Assembly: GCA_951406725.2 (NCBI GenBank)
Contig: OX597832.1
Location: forward strand, 37,262,001 to 37,326,000
From: Octopus vulgaris
Taxonomy: Eukaryota
DNA: 64,000 nucleotides
Reading direction: 5' to 3'
The translations under genes were made by a program, and so were the position numbers. The notes beneath the pieces are model-generated. The model was not told where the DNA came from and did not search any database. It saw only the letters and a list, made by a program, of their open reading frames with translations. Of the stretch, positions 44,625 to 59,409 are shown piece by piece. Within the stretch, counting starts at the first letter, position 1; every line of letters begins with the position of its first letter.

Positions 44625-45019
44625 GCAGGAGTGGCTGTGTGGTAAGTAGCTTGTTTACCAACCACATGGTTTCGGGTTCAGTCCCATGCGTGGCACCTTG
44701 GGCATGTCTTCTACTATAGCTACCAAAGCCTTGTGAATGGATTTGTAGACGGAAATTGAAAGAGCATATATGTATATATATATATATATGCGTGTGTGTA
44801 TTTGTGTGTCTGTATTTGTCCCCCTAGCATTGCTTGATAACCGATGTTGGTGTGTTTATGTCCCCGTTACTTAGCGGTTCGGCAAAATGGACCGATAGAA
44901 TAAGTACTGGGCTTACAAAAGAATAAGTCCCTTGGTCGAGTTGCTCGATTAAAGGCGGTGCTCCAGCATGGCCGCAGTCAAAATGACTGAAACAAGTAAA
45001 AGAGAGAAAGAGTAAAAGA

Positions 45020-45020
<1 letters not shown>
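44624..45020 (+). mobile_element. SINE family B, full length, inserted in (TA)n
   Basis: A-box-like tggctgtgtgg, B-box-like ggttcagtccc, CORE-like caccttgggca, internal (TA)/(TG) tract, tail gcagtcaaaatgactgaaacaagtaaaagag. Confidence 0.9.
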
Positions 45021-45056
<36 letters not shown>

Positions 45057-47735
45057 CACGTCTTGATACTACGCAGATTGATATCCCCGTTGACAGGCCA
45101 CTGTTATTTATTAAATCTTCTAATCTGGATGCTCACAGCTGTGATGTCTCTTTAGTGTTGTGGTTTCTACGGCTCTACGGTTTACAGTAGACACGGCATT
45201 CTAATCCCGCAGGCGATCTTTTACCTGACTTCCACTTACTCATACTCATACACTTAATACATTCACACACACACACACACACATACACAATCACAACTAA
45301 GCAAATACGAACAAGTCATTTAAGTATTTTTGTGTTCTGAGTTCAAATCCTGCGAGAATCGATTGAGCAGTCTGTTGTCGTTAATAAAATAACGAACAAG
45401 CCAATTATGAGATTATCTACGTATTCATTTACCTAATTATTAAAATTCCGTTTAATGTTTCCGAATAAATACATTGGTTTATTCCTCTATCCTAAACGTA
45501 CGCTATGAATTTGTTTAATCTACCTCCATTCAACTTCTAACGCCAACATTAGCACCGCCACAACCTCTTCCAACATTAACACCTCCCCCCAACACCAACA
45601 ATGCAATTAATTCCACCACCACCACCACCACCACCACCACCACCACCACCACCACCACCACCACCACAACCACCGCCATCATGATCGGACCGCTATCGTA
45701 ATCGTTGTCGTTCTCATCATCATCATCATCACCATCGTCCTCATCAATCCAAATACGTTCTTACGAATAACAATAATAACGAGAAAACAACAACAAGACC
45801 CATCATCATAATATCCGAACTATAACAGACCCCATCTTCACAGCACCAGCACCACCACCATCTTCACCCACTTTCACTACCCACATCATCATCATCATCA
45901 TCATCACCATCTGTATTTTCACCAAAGCCCACACCGACGCAACGAAACCCTTCCGACACCCCGGTTGATCTTTACCTTCCGAATGATCATACACCTCCTT
46001 TGATCCGCTCCAAACCGAAACCAGTTGTTTCCCCCAAGTGAGTTGGGCGTAAACCACCATCAATACCAAAACGCTACCCCACTCCCCGTCACTACCAGTA
46101 CCCGGCCACCACCACCACCACCACCACAATCACCACCACCACCACCACCGACCATCACAAGCACCACTTTCTCTCTTCTTTCTCGTCTTCATCTTCATCA
46201 TGATGAACATCCACACTGCAATTAAATGCACCCACCACCACCACCACCACCACCACCACTACCACCACCACCATCATGACCGCCTCCGACGTGTGCCAAC
46301 GACTATAACCTTTGACATCCTTTGTAGAACAACCCAAGTGCACCGCCTCCACACTTTGCCAAAATGTCTTTTAATTGTTACAAAAGCCAGAACTTTTCAA
46401 ACAAAGAGGACGGAGCCGAAAGAGCACAGCCAAAGGGAAGAAACTCCTTCTGGTGACCCATTTACGATGCTCTTGGGACAGGAGTTAGCGATGCATAAGT
46501 GAAGCAATGAATATTTAATAAGGTGGCGTGTTGACAGAAGCACCGGTTTAATGTCCTTCAGTTTGTTTTAGCCAGTAAGGTAGAGAGAGGACAGGATGGA
46601 GCACTTACAGCATCCTACTTTGCATTTTTTTTTATTCTGCTTTTAAGGGTTCAAACCGCGCCCGGGTTAACTTTGCTAAATTTTCCACTTATATATGTCT
46701 ATTATTGTTAAAATAAGCGTTTGTTGTCACCATTGTTGTTTTTTGAGTCCCAGGTGAGTCCTGGCTGAATAAAGCTTGGATCAAACGCATTTTATTCTGA
46801 ACAGCCCAACTTTTTCAGACAATGAATCAAGGAATATATATAAAAAATATGTCCTTTTTAAATAGGTAGGGTGTGTGTGTGATATAGGAGGGATTTGGCT
46901 GTTCTTTCATTCAAATTGAGTAACCACATAAAGTAGCATTCGCCAAACTACTGCACCCCAGACAGACCCATCCCACGGGCCAAAACTATTCCACCCGGAG
47001 TATCCAAACAAAACTATGGTGTCCACCCGGCCCGTGGGTATCGAGCAATAAAATGCTGCTTGATTTCGTGTGCGATATTTTACTAACTAGTAATTGCAGC
47101 AATTAAAACATTTCCAAAATAATCCAAAAACACAGGGTGCGGCTGTATCCTGCACAGTTTTCTTGTGATGTGGTATTCACACAATTTACCGTTAAACTTA
47201 ACAACCAATATTTCAACATTTCGTACTGTAGAAGATAAATCCTAAACGTTTTGGAACTTTCTAGATTTACGTCACTAACTTACATCTGGGAACCCACCTG
47301 GAGTCTAAGTTACTCTCAGAAGGACGGCAGTTCAAACGCGATGCCAAATAAATGCAAACAAGTAACATTTATATTCTAGTTATGAAGCTGAGTTGCGAAA
47401 ATCATAATTTTTTTAAAACAGTCAAATCTAAATCTTCAGTGTTATGTATTTACCAAAGTTAAAAATAAAGGATTTCAAACGCAAATCTCTGATGTAGAGA
47501 TTCTCTAATTGGTTCTAACTTGTAAGTAGCAGTAATATCATAGGGTCTATTCGATCAACCATATTCATACTACTTTCTTAGTATTTGTCTGAAATAATAT
47601 AGCTCTTTACACGCCGTTGGGACTCTACCATTAGGTAAGGAGTTGAGCAGCGTAGCTGATTCAGAGAAAGAGTAAAAGTGGATGAGTGAGAAAGACAGAG
47701 AGACAAAGGGAGACCGAGAGAGAGAGAGAGGGAGC

Positions 47736-47769
<34 letters not shown>

Positions 47770-48319
47770 AAGGTAAGGAAACGCCCCCTCCTCATTCACT
47801 CGTCAGTTTTATCCTTCTACGTTGGGAGTTCATTTGTTGACTCCGAAAGAATAATGAAATTGCTCCAATCTGGCCAGCCCCATGGAAAAAACTAAGCTAA
47901 GAGCACTAGATTCCTTGGAAGAAAGCAGCGAATGTATACGAAAACAAGGATGGAAAAAACGGAGAAATGGTACACAAATAGAAATAACAGGACATAACAA
48001 CGGGTGTCTTTCGACTAAGGACGAATTAAATTAAGCTGGCGTGTGTGGAAGTAAAACCTTACGGCAGGGACATAAGATTTGACAGGCACATGGAGGAATA
48101 TAGATGTTGCATGGATGGTAGTCAAACTAAGAAAGAAAGGTCAGGCTTGGCCGAACATCGGTCACGTGGGGAAAGAAGAGAGAGAGGTAAACGCAGAAGG
48201 ATAGAAGAATTAAGGAGGTGCGAAAAAAACTGAAAGGGACAGAGTGAAGTGAAAGAGGCGGGAATATGAGCATGAAGAGAAAGCCATATATAAAAACAAA
48301 CCAATACTAGTTATCAAGC

Positions 48320-48500
48320 GGTAGCCGGTTTGCTTACGCCCCCTTAAATTAGCGGTCCAGCAAAAGGAACCGATAGAATAATTACCAGAATTGATAAAAA
48401 AAAAAAAGAAGAATGTAAGTACAGGATCGATTTGTTAGACTAAATTCTTTCAATCAGCATCTCAACATGGCCGCTGTCCAATGACTGAAACAACAAAAGA
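48320..48500 (+). mobile_element. SINE family B 3' part
   Basis: accgatagaataa...catggccgctgtccaatgactgaaacaa. Confidence 0.7.
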
Positions 48501-49776
48501 TGGACGTAGTGTTGCTCCAACCTCTACAATAAATATATTTTAGAAAGACACAAATGTTACTCATCGTCGCTGCTTTTAAAAGATTGCGATTGAGGGCTGC
48601 CTTGCAGAACAGTGCTCTTCACCCTTTTTTCACCTGCGGCACACTTACATTCTTTTCAAAATTCGGCGGCACACCTAAGCTAAAAATAGAGCTAAAAGTA
48701 GTCAGATGTTTGAGTCAATTCATTCCATTTCATTTATGATTCGTCTTTCTTTCATGTCTTTCGGAAACGCATGAACGCCACAGTAGCAACATAAACCAAA
48801 ATCTGATGCCTTGCGTCTAAATAAGACAGGGATATATTTAGGAGAATCTAAATATTGCGATCGTGTTTCAATTCCCACTACCACCTCTATAATGATGGTA
48901 ATGATAATGATGATGATAATGACGATGATGATAGTGGTGATGAAGATGATGGTGATAATGATGATGATGATAATGATATTTATGATGACGATGAGTGCCA
49001 ATGATTATGGTAATACTAATGACAAATACCGTAATGGTGGTGGTGGTGGTGGTGGTGGTGGTGGGTGTGGTGCTACTGCTGCTGTTGCTAATGATGATGA
49101 TGATGGAGCAGAATATTGTCTCATTGTTTGTTCTGTTACGCAGTAGACCGTGGCTACCCTCCTTCATCTCTTCCCTCCCCCCCAGCGTCACGGTTCTGTA
49201 ATTTTGTGTCTCCCAACTTAAACACTTGCCACATGGACACTGACTTCTGTCGGCGCAATGTGGGTGGTGGCGATGGTGGTGGTGGTGGTGGTGGTGGTGA
49301 TGGTGGTGGTGGTGGTGGTGGTGGTGGTGGTGGTGATGGTGGAAGTTGGGATGGAAGAAATTTTGCTGGTGATGGTGGAAGTGGTGGCTGCGGTGGTAGT
49401 GGTTGCGGTGGTAGTGGTTGCGGTGGCGGTGCTTGTGGTGTTGGTGGTGGTAGTAGTGATGATAGCAATGAAAACTGTAGTATCAGTGATGGTGGTGGCG
49501 AAGATGTAGGTGACCGCGGTGGTTGTGGTGGTGGTGGTGGTGGGGAGGCTGATGGTGATGTGATGGTGATAGTAGCGATAGCGGATGGGAATGGTGTTGG
49601 TATTGTTGTTGTTGTTGTTGTTGTTGCCGGTGGTGGTGATGGTGGTGGTGATGGTAGTGGTGGTGGTGGAGGTGTGAATTTGGTGGTAAATCTCGTGGTG
49701 ATGGCGGCGAGAAAGGCGGGAGTGCCTGTGACTTAAAGGCTCACTGGCGACGTGCATGCGTGCTTGCGCGTGTTTG

Positions 49777-49833
<57 letters not shown>

Positions 49834-50299
49834 GTGTGTGTGTGTGCGCGTGCATGTGTGTGATTAAGAAGTCATAATGTAGAAAGAAATACCTTGTGGT
49901 GATGATGGTACTAGTGGTGGTGGTGGTAGCGGTGGAGGTCCTTGTGGTTGTGGTAATGGCGGTTCTAGTGGTGTGGAAGGGACTGGGGGTGGTGGTGAGG
50001 TTTTGTGAGCAGGGAACCAAAGCGTCAAGTTTGTAGGAGCTATATGCAGTTTCGCGCGGTGCAATGGTAAGGTGTACGTTTTTGACTGCTGCAGTGTTGG
50101 CTGTAGTAGAGATAAGGCGGTTGTGTTGTAAAAATTTTGTATAATGGAGTGTTTGTAGAAGTTGTAATTTGGCATAGGTGGCGTTAATGAAACTGGTGGT
50201 TCCGGTGATTGGTAAACACGTGGTATGCTGGTAGTGATAAGAATGTCTATATTGATGGTATGGCGGCAGAAACATCGAAGTATAGTCGTGGTGTTATGT

Positions 50300-51332
50300 C
50301 CCCTGGATGGTTGGCTTGGCATGCCATGGTTGCTAATGCGCAGACACGCGCTGCAGGTACGCCACTTACAGATTTTCTTGGACGGTGAGCCGGTGAGGTC
50401 TCCGCTACTAAGACACGCCTTCCACAGTTTTCTCTCTTTGCCGGAGCTGCAATCTTTGATCAAGAAAAAAGACTAACATTAAGTTACCGGTATCTGAAAT
50501 GCTGTCACGTGTTCAATGTCTTCTACCTTTCAGGCAATGCGGTCGGTGGAAGTTCTGCGGTGGCAATATATAGAAAACTAGTGGTAGACAAGTGCGGCGA
50601 CGTTCTTAGGAAAACTCTGGGCGTCAACTAGCTGATCTATTTCGGGGGACTTTTAAACCCACTACTACCGTAGGTAACTTCCAGAAATCCCTGACTTAGC
50701 AGTGCAACAGAGGAGCACTCACGGAATCGCTGCCAGGCGGGACTCTCCCAAATGCGCACAAAGCGACGAAAGCAGTGTCCGCGTATTGCTGACTTGTGGA
50801 GATATGACGAACAGCTGTTAACGCTTTGTGGGACGAATCCAATAATCAGCTGATTCCATTCATCGCCCCACCATCGACCTTTAACAAGAAAGGTGAGGCG
50901 GTGTTCCTCTGTCTCGTGGTCAAGCTCCTCTCGATTTTTTAAGCTCCACTTGAAAAAAAGTGATGGCGGAGAGAGACGTGCTACTTCCCAGTGAAATTAA
51001 GGAAAGATAAGTAACTGGCAAAAATGGTTTGATTGAAGGAGCCAACTCGAAGCATGCACCTAGATATTGGAGAGCAAGAAAGAGAATCCGTGCATTTGAT
51101 GGTTAGGGTAATCCTGGATCTATGGAGTCCCTTGATTGACCCAAGCTGGAATTTCTCCATAATCAGGAGGACTGCATCATTCATGATATCACATACTTTG
51201 TATATTATGTATACTTTTATCGCATTTCCCCGTTATTTCCGTTTCTTTCTCCCCCATCTTTTATATAAATCCACACACAAATTGTTGTCTGTTCATGCGT
51301 TGTCCCCCTCCTCTCCTGTGGCTAATGAAGAA
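50300..51332 (+). mobile_element. Tx1/L1-clade LINE 3' fragment with internal deletions
   Basis: PLDGWLGMPWLLMRRHAL (post-RT GGLG-type motif)...QCPRIADLW...FFKLHLKK; tail tgtccccctcctctcctgtggctaatgaagaa. Confidence 0.7.
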
Positions 51333-51711
51333 TTTATTATGATTATCATTGTTATCTTCTTCTAATTCTGTTTCTTTTTCTTGCCGAGTGCCTTCCTGAC
51401 ACCTAGGGCAGAAAAACGCACTGTACACACTGGTAGACCATTAAAATAAACATATCAGATTGTTCATTTACAGTCACGTGAAAGAGAAAAGAGAGAAGAA
51501 AGATAGAGAGAAAAAGTGGGGAAGGAAAAAGTAAAAAAAATAAAGGGAAAAAAGGAAAGAAAATTCACAGTGACAATGCTCTTCTCAGTGCTTGTGACCA
51601 GTTACCAGTTAAGACAATCGTTTGCACTTCCTGCATGGATGGTAAGCCAGGGATTATTTTCAAGTAATTTTCAGTTCCTTTTTTGATCATTCCAAGTGCT
51701 CCTAAAATCAC

Positions 51712-51853
51712 TGTTTCGTCTGCCGTTACGTTCCAAGTTCAAATTCCGCCGAGGTCGACTTTGCCTTTCATCCTTTCGGGGTCGATTAAATAAGTACCAG
51801 TTAGGCACTGGGCTCGATGCAATCGACTTAATTTCTGTGGGCAATAAAGAAAT
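51712..51853 (+). mobile_element. SINE A, 5'-truncated, shortened long tail
   Basis: tttcgtctgccgttacgttc...tgtgggcaataaagaaa. Confidence 0.9.
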
Positions 51854-52249
51854 AAATGTTTGTATGTGTGTGTGTATGTATGTATGTATGTATGTATGTA
51901 TGTATGTATGTATGTATGTATGTATGTATGTATTTGTGTAAGTATGTATCAGGCCTATGCTCAAAAGTACTCCAGCCGCGATCATCTCTTCTTTGCCTAT
52001 CTAACCCTATTGGTTCTGAGTGACTTTATCTAGTTTTGAATACAATGGCTGCTACTTCTTGCGCGTCCAATTATTCAAACAAGGGTCACCTCTTTGACTT
52101 CCACAGAAGTTGACGTATTTCGTGTCGATGTAGGGATGTCGTGCTTATTACCAATTTGCATCCCGCTTCCCACACCCCTCCCCTAAAATAACCCTTCCTC
52201 GATATTAAGTAAAACTTCGAAATTCCACACAGACGGTCTCTGCTCTTAC

Positions 52250-52313
52250 CAGACTTGTGACTTGCGTTTTCTTCTTTGGCCTTTTCGACCAAAAAATTCT
52301 GGTTAGAAGACAT
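52250..52313 (-). CDS. candidate alternative first coding exon MSSNQNFLVEKAKEENASHKS+G (phase 1)
   Basis: aaacATGtct start, 21 codons + 1 nt, donor CTG|GTAAGA, A-rich UTR-like leader; an in-frame upstream ATG lies at 52370. Confidence 0.5.
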
Positions 52314-53283
52314 GTTTGCTCTCTCAGAAGGGGGTACATTTTTAAATGTGAAAAAATAAACAGCTTCCATCTTCTTATCATTTTGCCTGATTTTTGTTGC
52401 TGCTGTTGTCCCTTTATTGTTTTTCTTTTTTGTATTCTTTCTTTCTTTTGTAGTCTTTTGGTCACAGAACCACGTGCAAGATCTTTGCCCCCTTACAACC
52501 CTCCCCTACACACGAACACTCTCTCTTTTTCTCTTTCTCTCTCCATCTCTTTCTCCCTCTCTCGCTCTGTCAGCTTTGCTCAGTGCCTGTCTCTTACCCT
52601 CTCTTTTCCTCTCTCTGTCTCTGTCTCTCTCCCTCTCTCAGTTTGCTTAAGATGGTGTTTTTTTTTGAAGAGAGAAAGGGTTTTGCGATCAACATATGTA
52701 TTTTAAAACTGTTCAGTGACTGAATTAATGTAGCTTAGATGCCAACCATTGTTGAAGCAGCATGCAGCCAACAACCAGTTTCTCTCGTTCCCCCAAATTT
52801 TAACAACAACAACAACAGCAACAACAACGACAACGACGACGACAACGATAACAACAACAACTACAAAAACAGCAACAACGGAAACAACAATAGTATTTAA
52901 AATGAAGGAAAAGCAAAAAAGCAAAAATTCAAAGAAAAAAAACAATAACAAAAAAAACACGGAAATAAAAAAATGCATAAATCAAAAACAAACAACCTGG
53001 AAGCAAAGGCAAAGAAAACACCACCCATGGGTTCTGCAACTCCTTTTTTACGATAGCTAACAAGTTCTGCCTTGATAAACGCTGGTTTCCAGCCAGGAAC
53101 GCCACACAAAATGGTAACGTCACAGTGTTAAGATTAACAAACCTGTTTTCTAAAGTGACCGCTCCTTAGCAAGTGGCGCTGGCCTCTATCTCCACACATG
53201 TTTATGTATATTTACTTTCACAATGGTTTCTACACGGATATTAATACTCTGTTTGTGTTTGCTTGACATTATAGTGTGTGTGC

Positions 53284-53333
<50 letters not shown>

Positions 53334-53927
53334 ACATATACGTATACATACATATATACGTGTGTGTAAATATATATATATATATATACACACACATGCT
53401 TCTGTGTATATATACATATACACACACACACACATATATATATACACATATATGTACACACGGACACACACACACACATATATATACACATGCAGTTATA
53501 TATACATACACACAGACTTGTATATTATATATACATTTACACACACAAACATATCCATTTAAAATGAAGCTCTATATCAATAAATAATGGATACTTTCCA
53601 AAATTAAAATGGAATTATCTGGTAGAAATTTAGTTTCTGATGAATTGCCATCTGCAGGCATCATGTGTACTTATAAACTACTTTGTTACCTTCCTTAGTA
53701 TCATGCCTTAGCAACGCTCCTTAGTACTACTGTTTACTAATACTCGTTTTGTGTTCCTGCTAAGACTGTTTAGCGACACAGCCTTAAGTACACCTTTGTC
53801 TCATTCGTGTCACACTGCTTAGTATCACTGCTTAGTCTCTTTTGTAACATTACTCTGTAACGTAGCTTTGTAACACGATTTACCTTTGTGCCATTCATGT
53901 TACACTACTTGGTATCACAGTTTAGGA

Positions 53928-54158
53928 CAGCGTTTCCCAACCTATTTTTCCCCAGGCCCTCACTATAAGTTTCCAGAACAATGTATGCCCCCACCGGTGG
54001 TTGGAATAGTGTATAGATGTAATATGTTTGCAGTGAAAATAAGATTTTCACAATTCCATGCCCCACTATATATAAAAAAAAAATTTTGGGATCCCATGTC
54101 CTACCACAATTTTCTCAGGCCCACCTGTGGTGCGTATGCCCCACGTTGGGATTCACTG
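53928..54158. mobile_element. 231-bp hAT (Charlie-like) MITE
   Basis: Termini cagcgtttcccaac / gttgggattcactg; perfect 8-bp TSD gtttagga at 53920-53927 and 54159-54166. Confidence 0.9.
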
Positions 54159-54687
54159 GTTTAGGAGGTCGCTTTTAGGTTTAGGAGTTACGGAGACGTC
54201 AATAAACCAACACACATTGTCAACACAGCAGAGTAATACGGCAGAGAGGTCAACATGGGTCGTTCTCAGAACGTGTTTCTTTGAGAGTATTTTGAATCGA
54301 AATACGTACAGAAATCACCCAGATGTATTTTGATGTATGAAGCTTTCTAAGCATATTATTGGTAGTTATTACCAGTAATTATCTCAATTATCTATCAATT
54401 ATTTATCAATTATTTATCACTGAATCCATATCTGGATATTGTGAATATCGTTTTTTATTTTTCAGAATTTAAAGAAACATAAAAAAAAGCTCAGGTTAAT
54501 ACATATATATATAAATATTTAGCAGAAGTAATAGAGTGACTCGAGGTCCGAGAGTTTCGTGCGTTGGCACTTATCAAAAGCACATAAATTCGGATCTTGA
54601 GTCACTCTATTACTTCTGCTAAATATTAATAAAAGTATACAGATACTCATATTTTGAGGTATATTTTTCCTCTTTGCATCAACATAC

Positions 54688-54731
<44 letters not shown>

Positions 54732-54870
54732 ACACACATATATGCGTATATAATATACGCATGCATTACAATTTTTCTGAATTTTCAGATTTGTCTATAT
54801 GCTAGGCTACTGGTTTTAAATTGATGTTAATTAAATTAATATGCAATTTATCACCCTCATTATTTAAATG

Positions 54871-54934
<64 letters not shown>

Positions 54935-54939
54935 GAGAT

Positions 54940-55120
54940 CGGTGTGCTTGCCGAGTCATTTCACTCATCTTTACGTTCTGAGTTCAAATTCCACAACCGT
55001 CGACTTTACCTTTCATCCTTTCGGGGGTCGATGAAATGAGTACTAGTTGAGCCCAGGGGTTGATGTAATCGTCTTACCCAGTCACCCGAAAATGTTAGCT
55101 TTGTGCCAAAATTTGATAGC
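54940..55120 (+). mobile_element. SINE family A
   Basis: ttacgttctgagttcaaattcc...tttcatcctttcgggggtcgat. Confidence 0.85.
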
Positions 55121-55354
55121 AACTTCTATGACATCATTGCTTCTAGATTCCTGTTGATATAACTGTCATATTTCATTGCGTTATTGAGTTCTTTGTTGCG
55201 ATGCTTTATGTGGAAAAATGCTTTCGTTGTATATTGTGTAATATTTATTTCTATTAATAATAAGCATGCTTAAGAAGATTGCGTCATAATTACTTCCCAA
55301 TACAAGGTACCGTAAATCCTTTTATATAATCAGTGGAGATGCTCTATTATCGCT

Positions 55355-55490
55355 TTCAATTTTTGGCACAAGGCCTGTAATATCGGGGTAGGGTTAAGTC
55401 GATTACATCGACCCCACTGCTCAGCTGCTATTTATTTTATCTCACCAACAAAGAATGAAAGGCAAAGTTAGCTTCGGCGGAATTTGAACA
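55355..55490 (-). mobile_element. SINE family A 3' part
   Basis: tttggcacaaggcc...aagtcgattacatcgacccc...atgaaaggcaaagt. Confidence 0.8.
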
Positions 55491-56109
55491 GAGGCTCTAA
55501 CATTAATTTTTTTTTCATATATATATGATATATTAAAATTCAGGTGAATAAGGCACTTAAATGGTTGGGTCAAAATTAAAATGCATTCAGATCTACTATA
55601 GACGAATACAAACATTGGTGCCAAAGTATAAGCAAAAGATATTCATGTTATGTATACAATTAATTGAACCCAATTGAGTATGTCATCAGTCCTTGGGCTA
55701 ATTCAGAAACGCAGATTTTATTAAATCTACGGTCCATAATATACATCGGAACACGCGAGGAGCAGGTTCCAATGGAGGTGAATCTTAAATAGATAAATAA
55801 CAAACGATGGAAAGGTGTCAGTTCATTACAGCTGTTTCCAACGAATTTCTAATTGATTAAAGAGTACTTTATATCATTATTAAAAATGAACAACATTTTT
55901 AGGAACATTTTAAAGCATTTTAAATCCATGGCATGCACATATTATGTGATTCCACGATCATCGCTGGTCGCAGAATATATATATATATGCCGAAATTTGC
56001 TATGATGATTCGGTGTCTGACTGAAGATTGAAGGCTTCGAATGATTTGTCTGTGTTCCGTGTTCGTCCCTTCCTGTATTTCACGTTCTTTATATATAAAA
56101 ACATTTATT

Positions 56110-56236
<127 letters not shown>

Positions 56237-56247
56237 ATATATATATA

Positions 56248-56315
<68 letters not shown>

Positions 56316-56801
56316 ATTATGTGTTTTATGTGATTAAAAAAATTTTGAGTAACTTTTAAAATATCGAAAAGATTAAAATGTTTCGCTTGCGTAATGAATT
56401 TGGTTAGTACCAAATGTTGGTAAATCTTCAGTAGAAACCCAATATTTCTGTAGCAAAAGACAGTAATCAAATTTTGGTTAGCAGACCGACACGCTAGGCT
56501 TGTGTAGTTGACAAACGCTAGAGCAAGGAGTACTTGGTTGGATTTGAACTTCAGATCTTAGAATGAAAATGATGTTGCCGTATTCTAAAAATACATAAAT
56601 GAATAAATAAATAAGATGTATAGATAAAAATAAAAAATCAAAACTTGTTTGGATGGTACCCGATGATAAACTCTGTTAACCACCCACAGCTTGACTACAT
56701 GGGTGTATATATGTTTGTAGATAGGTAGGGTTATTGTTATTATACAGATATCTATGTGTGTACTTAATATATATGTATATATAATATACATATATGTATA
56801 T

Positions 56802-56843
<42 letters not shown>

Positions 56844-56853
56844 TGTATATATA

Positions 56854-56899
<46 letters not shown>

Positions 56900-57446
56900 T
56901 ATATGTATATAAATAAGTATGTATGTATATATATTTGTAAAAGTACATATATATATACATACCCAAACACATACATGCACACATATATAAACAAACAAAC
57001 ACATGTGAAAATACATGTCTGTTTATATTCATATATATATTTACACACTCAAATACACACACATACACACACTCACATCGAATCAAGACTTGCACTCCCA
57101 CATACTCGCATACATACATACATACATACAAACATGCATGCAACCATGCATACATGCGCACATATGCATATACAAATACACGCGCCCTCGCATACACACA
57201 TGCACACATGTATAAATATGTATATAACAAAAATCGCAATATATACACAAATATGTATGAATGTGTGTATGTTTGTATGTATGTGCGTATATATGTGTGC
57301 GTGTTTCTGTGTGTGCGTGTATGTATGCGTGTATGTACGCGTGTATGGAAGCACATAAGCGTGCACGCACACACACATGCATATATATAGTTATTCTTAT
57401 ATATGTATGTTTACGTAAGATATGTGTATGCGTTTATGAATGTATG

Positions 57447-57477
<31 letters not shown>

Positions 57478-57669
57478 GCATATTTATTATAAATATATAT
57501 ACACATACACATACATACATATATATATATATACATATATATACATACATAAATACATACATACATACATACATACATACATACATACATACACATATAT
57601 ATATATATATATATACACATAAACATAAATACATACATACATACATACATACATACATACATACATACA

Positions 57670-57738
<69 letters not shown>

Positions 57739-57824
57739 ATATACATCCATGCACACAAACATATATATCTCATCCACACACGATCTGATACAAAGGGAGG
57801 AGGGAAAGTTTCTGCTATTGCTGT

Positions 57825-57877
<53 letters not shown>

Positions 57878-58801
57878 GCCAGTCACTATCGCATCCATCT
57901 CTCTCTATCAATGTTTCGCTCCATTCACTGAGTTGTTTTGTGATGTTTCGTTGTTGAAATCGTCTTGGGTGGTATGTAAATTTTACTCACCATCTCAGAC
58001 TATTAAAGGGATTAATTCAAATTTATTAGCAGAAGGGGGAGAAGAGAAACGGGGCGGCCTAGGAACATCTGATAAGTAATAGTTTGTTTGCCAAGATACG
58101 CTCGCAACATACTTCTTTTTATGTGTCACTCAATACTTGAAATATTGTTATTTCAAACAGTAACGATTTGGTTCTTGTGTTATCATAGAAGGCATTACAA
58201 AGTACAGAATGCAATCTGGTAGAATCATCTATATTTTCCACAATGCCGCCAAATGATATGGTTTCTTTAGACGTGACAAAACATCTAAAGACAACCAGTT
58301 GAAATGTCATACGATCCGAAAACTGTGAATCTGTTTTATTGAAGAAGCGAGTTGCTTCTTTAGTTATGGTTTCTCGAATGTTTTCTTTGGGAAAACCATG
58401 TATTTTCTGATTATCTACAGAAGTGAATTTCAAGAATATGTAATATGTGTAATTGACTATTATCGTCTTCAGAAGTATTTCACTTTATTCTTCGTTGCTT
58501 TTTACAAATTCTTTGCATTTCGCTTTTCTTTTTCTTTCTTTTTTTTTCTGCTTTTCTTCAAAATAGAAAACATTCTTTATTCATAAATGAAGAAACAACA
58601 GACTCACTTAATGCGATACAAACAACTTAAGCAGTTTTGGGGGAATTTTTATCAATCTTTAAATAAGAGACTGTTCCTTATTGAAGCAAATAATGCAATT
58701 TTAGCACTAAGGAATGAAAGCGACAAGGGAAATTTTGCCATAATGAAAGCTAAATTTCTTCATTACTGTGTGCGGATAGCTTTAGTACTATGCACGCCGA
58801 A

Positions 58802-59165
58802 GGCGGCGAGCTGGCAGAAACGTTAGCACGCCGGGCGAAATGCGTAGCCGTATTTCGTCTGTCGTTACGTTCTGAGTTCAAATTCCGCCGAGGTCGACTT
58901 TGCCTTTCATCCTTTCGGGATCGATAAATTAAGTACCAGTTACGCATTGGGGTCAATATAATCGACTCAATCCGTTTGTCTGTCCTTGTTTGTCCCCTCT
59001 GTGTTTAGCCCCTTGTGGGTAGTAAAGAAATAGGTATTTCGTCTGCCGTTACGTTCTGAGTTCAAATTCCGCCGAGGTCGAATTTGCCTTTCATCCTTTC
59101 GAGGTCGATTAAATAAGAGGACTAAACATAAAGAGGACAAACAATGACAGACAATAGAGTAAGTA
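58802..59165 (+). mobile_element. full-length long-tail SINE A + tandem partial copy + inverted tail
   Basis: ggcggcgagctggcagaaacgttagc...gtagtaaagaaa (58802-59030), a second body at 59034-59117, and a reverse-complement tail at 59117-59165. Confidence 0.9.
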
Positions 59166-59409
59166 ACGGACTTGTAATGGGACCAATTTTACCGAGCAAA
59201 CCCTTGGAGGTGGTTCTCTAGCACGGCTGCATTCAAATGACTAAACGAGCCAAAAAAAGCAAACAAAAGAGTCAAAATCCGTCATAACTAATTTCCTACA
59301 ACATGTCAATGTCAATCAATGTCAAATCTCTTATAAATGGCCTGGAGGGAAACCCGCAAAATCTTACTACATATATACATATATATACACATACATATAT
59401 ATATACATC

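Noticed and set aside
45829-46037. Plus-strand His/Ser/Pro-rich open frame ending at gtgagt
   Set aside because: Largely decayed CAT/CAC repeats; the acceptor has no pyrimidine tract.
49116-49736. Gly-rich (+) and Pro-rich (-) ORFs
   Set aside because: Derived from a decayed (GGT)n microsatellite; open in several frames on both strands.
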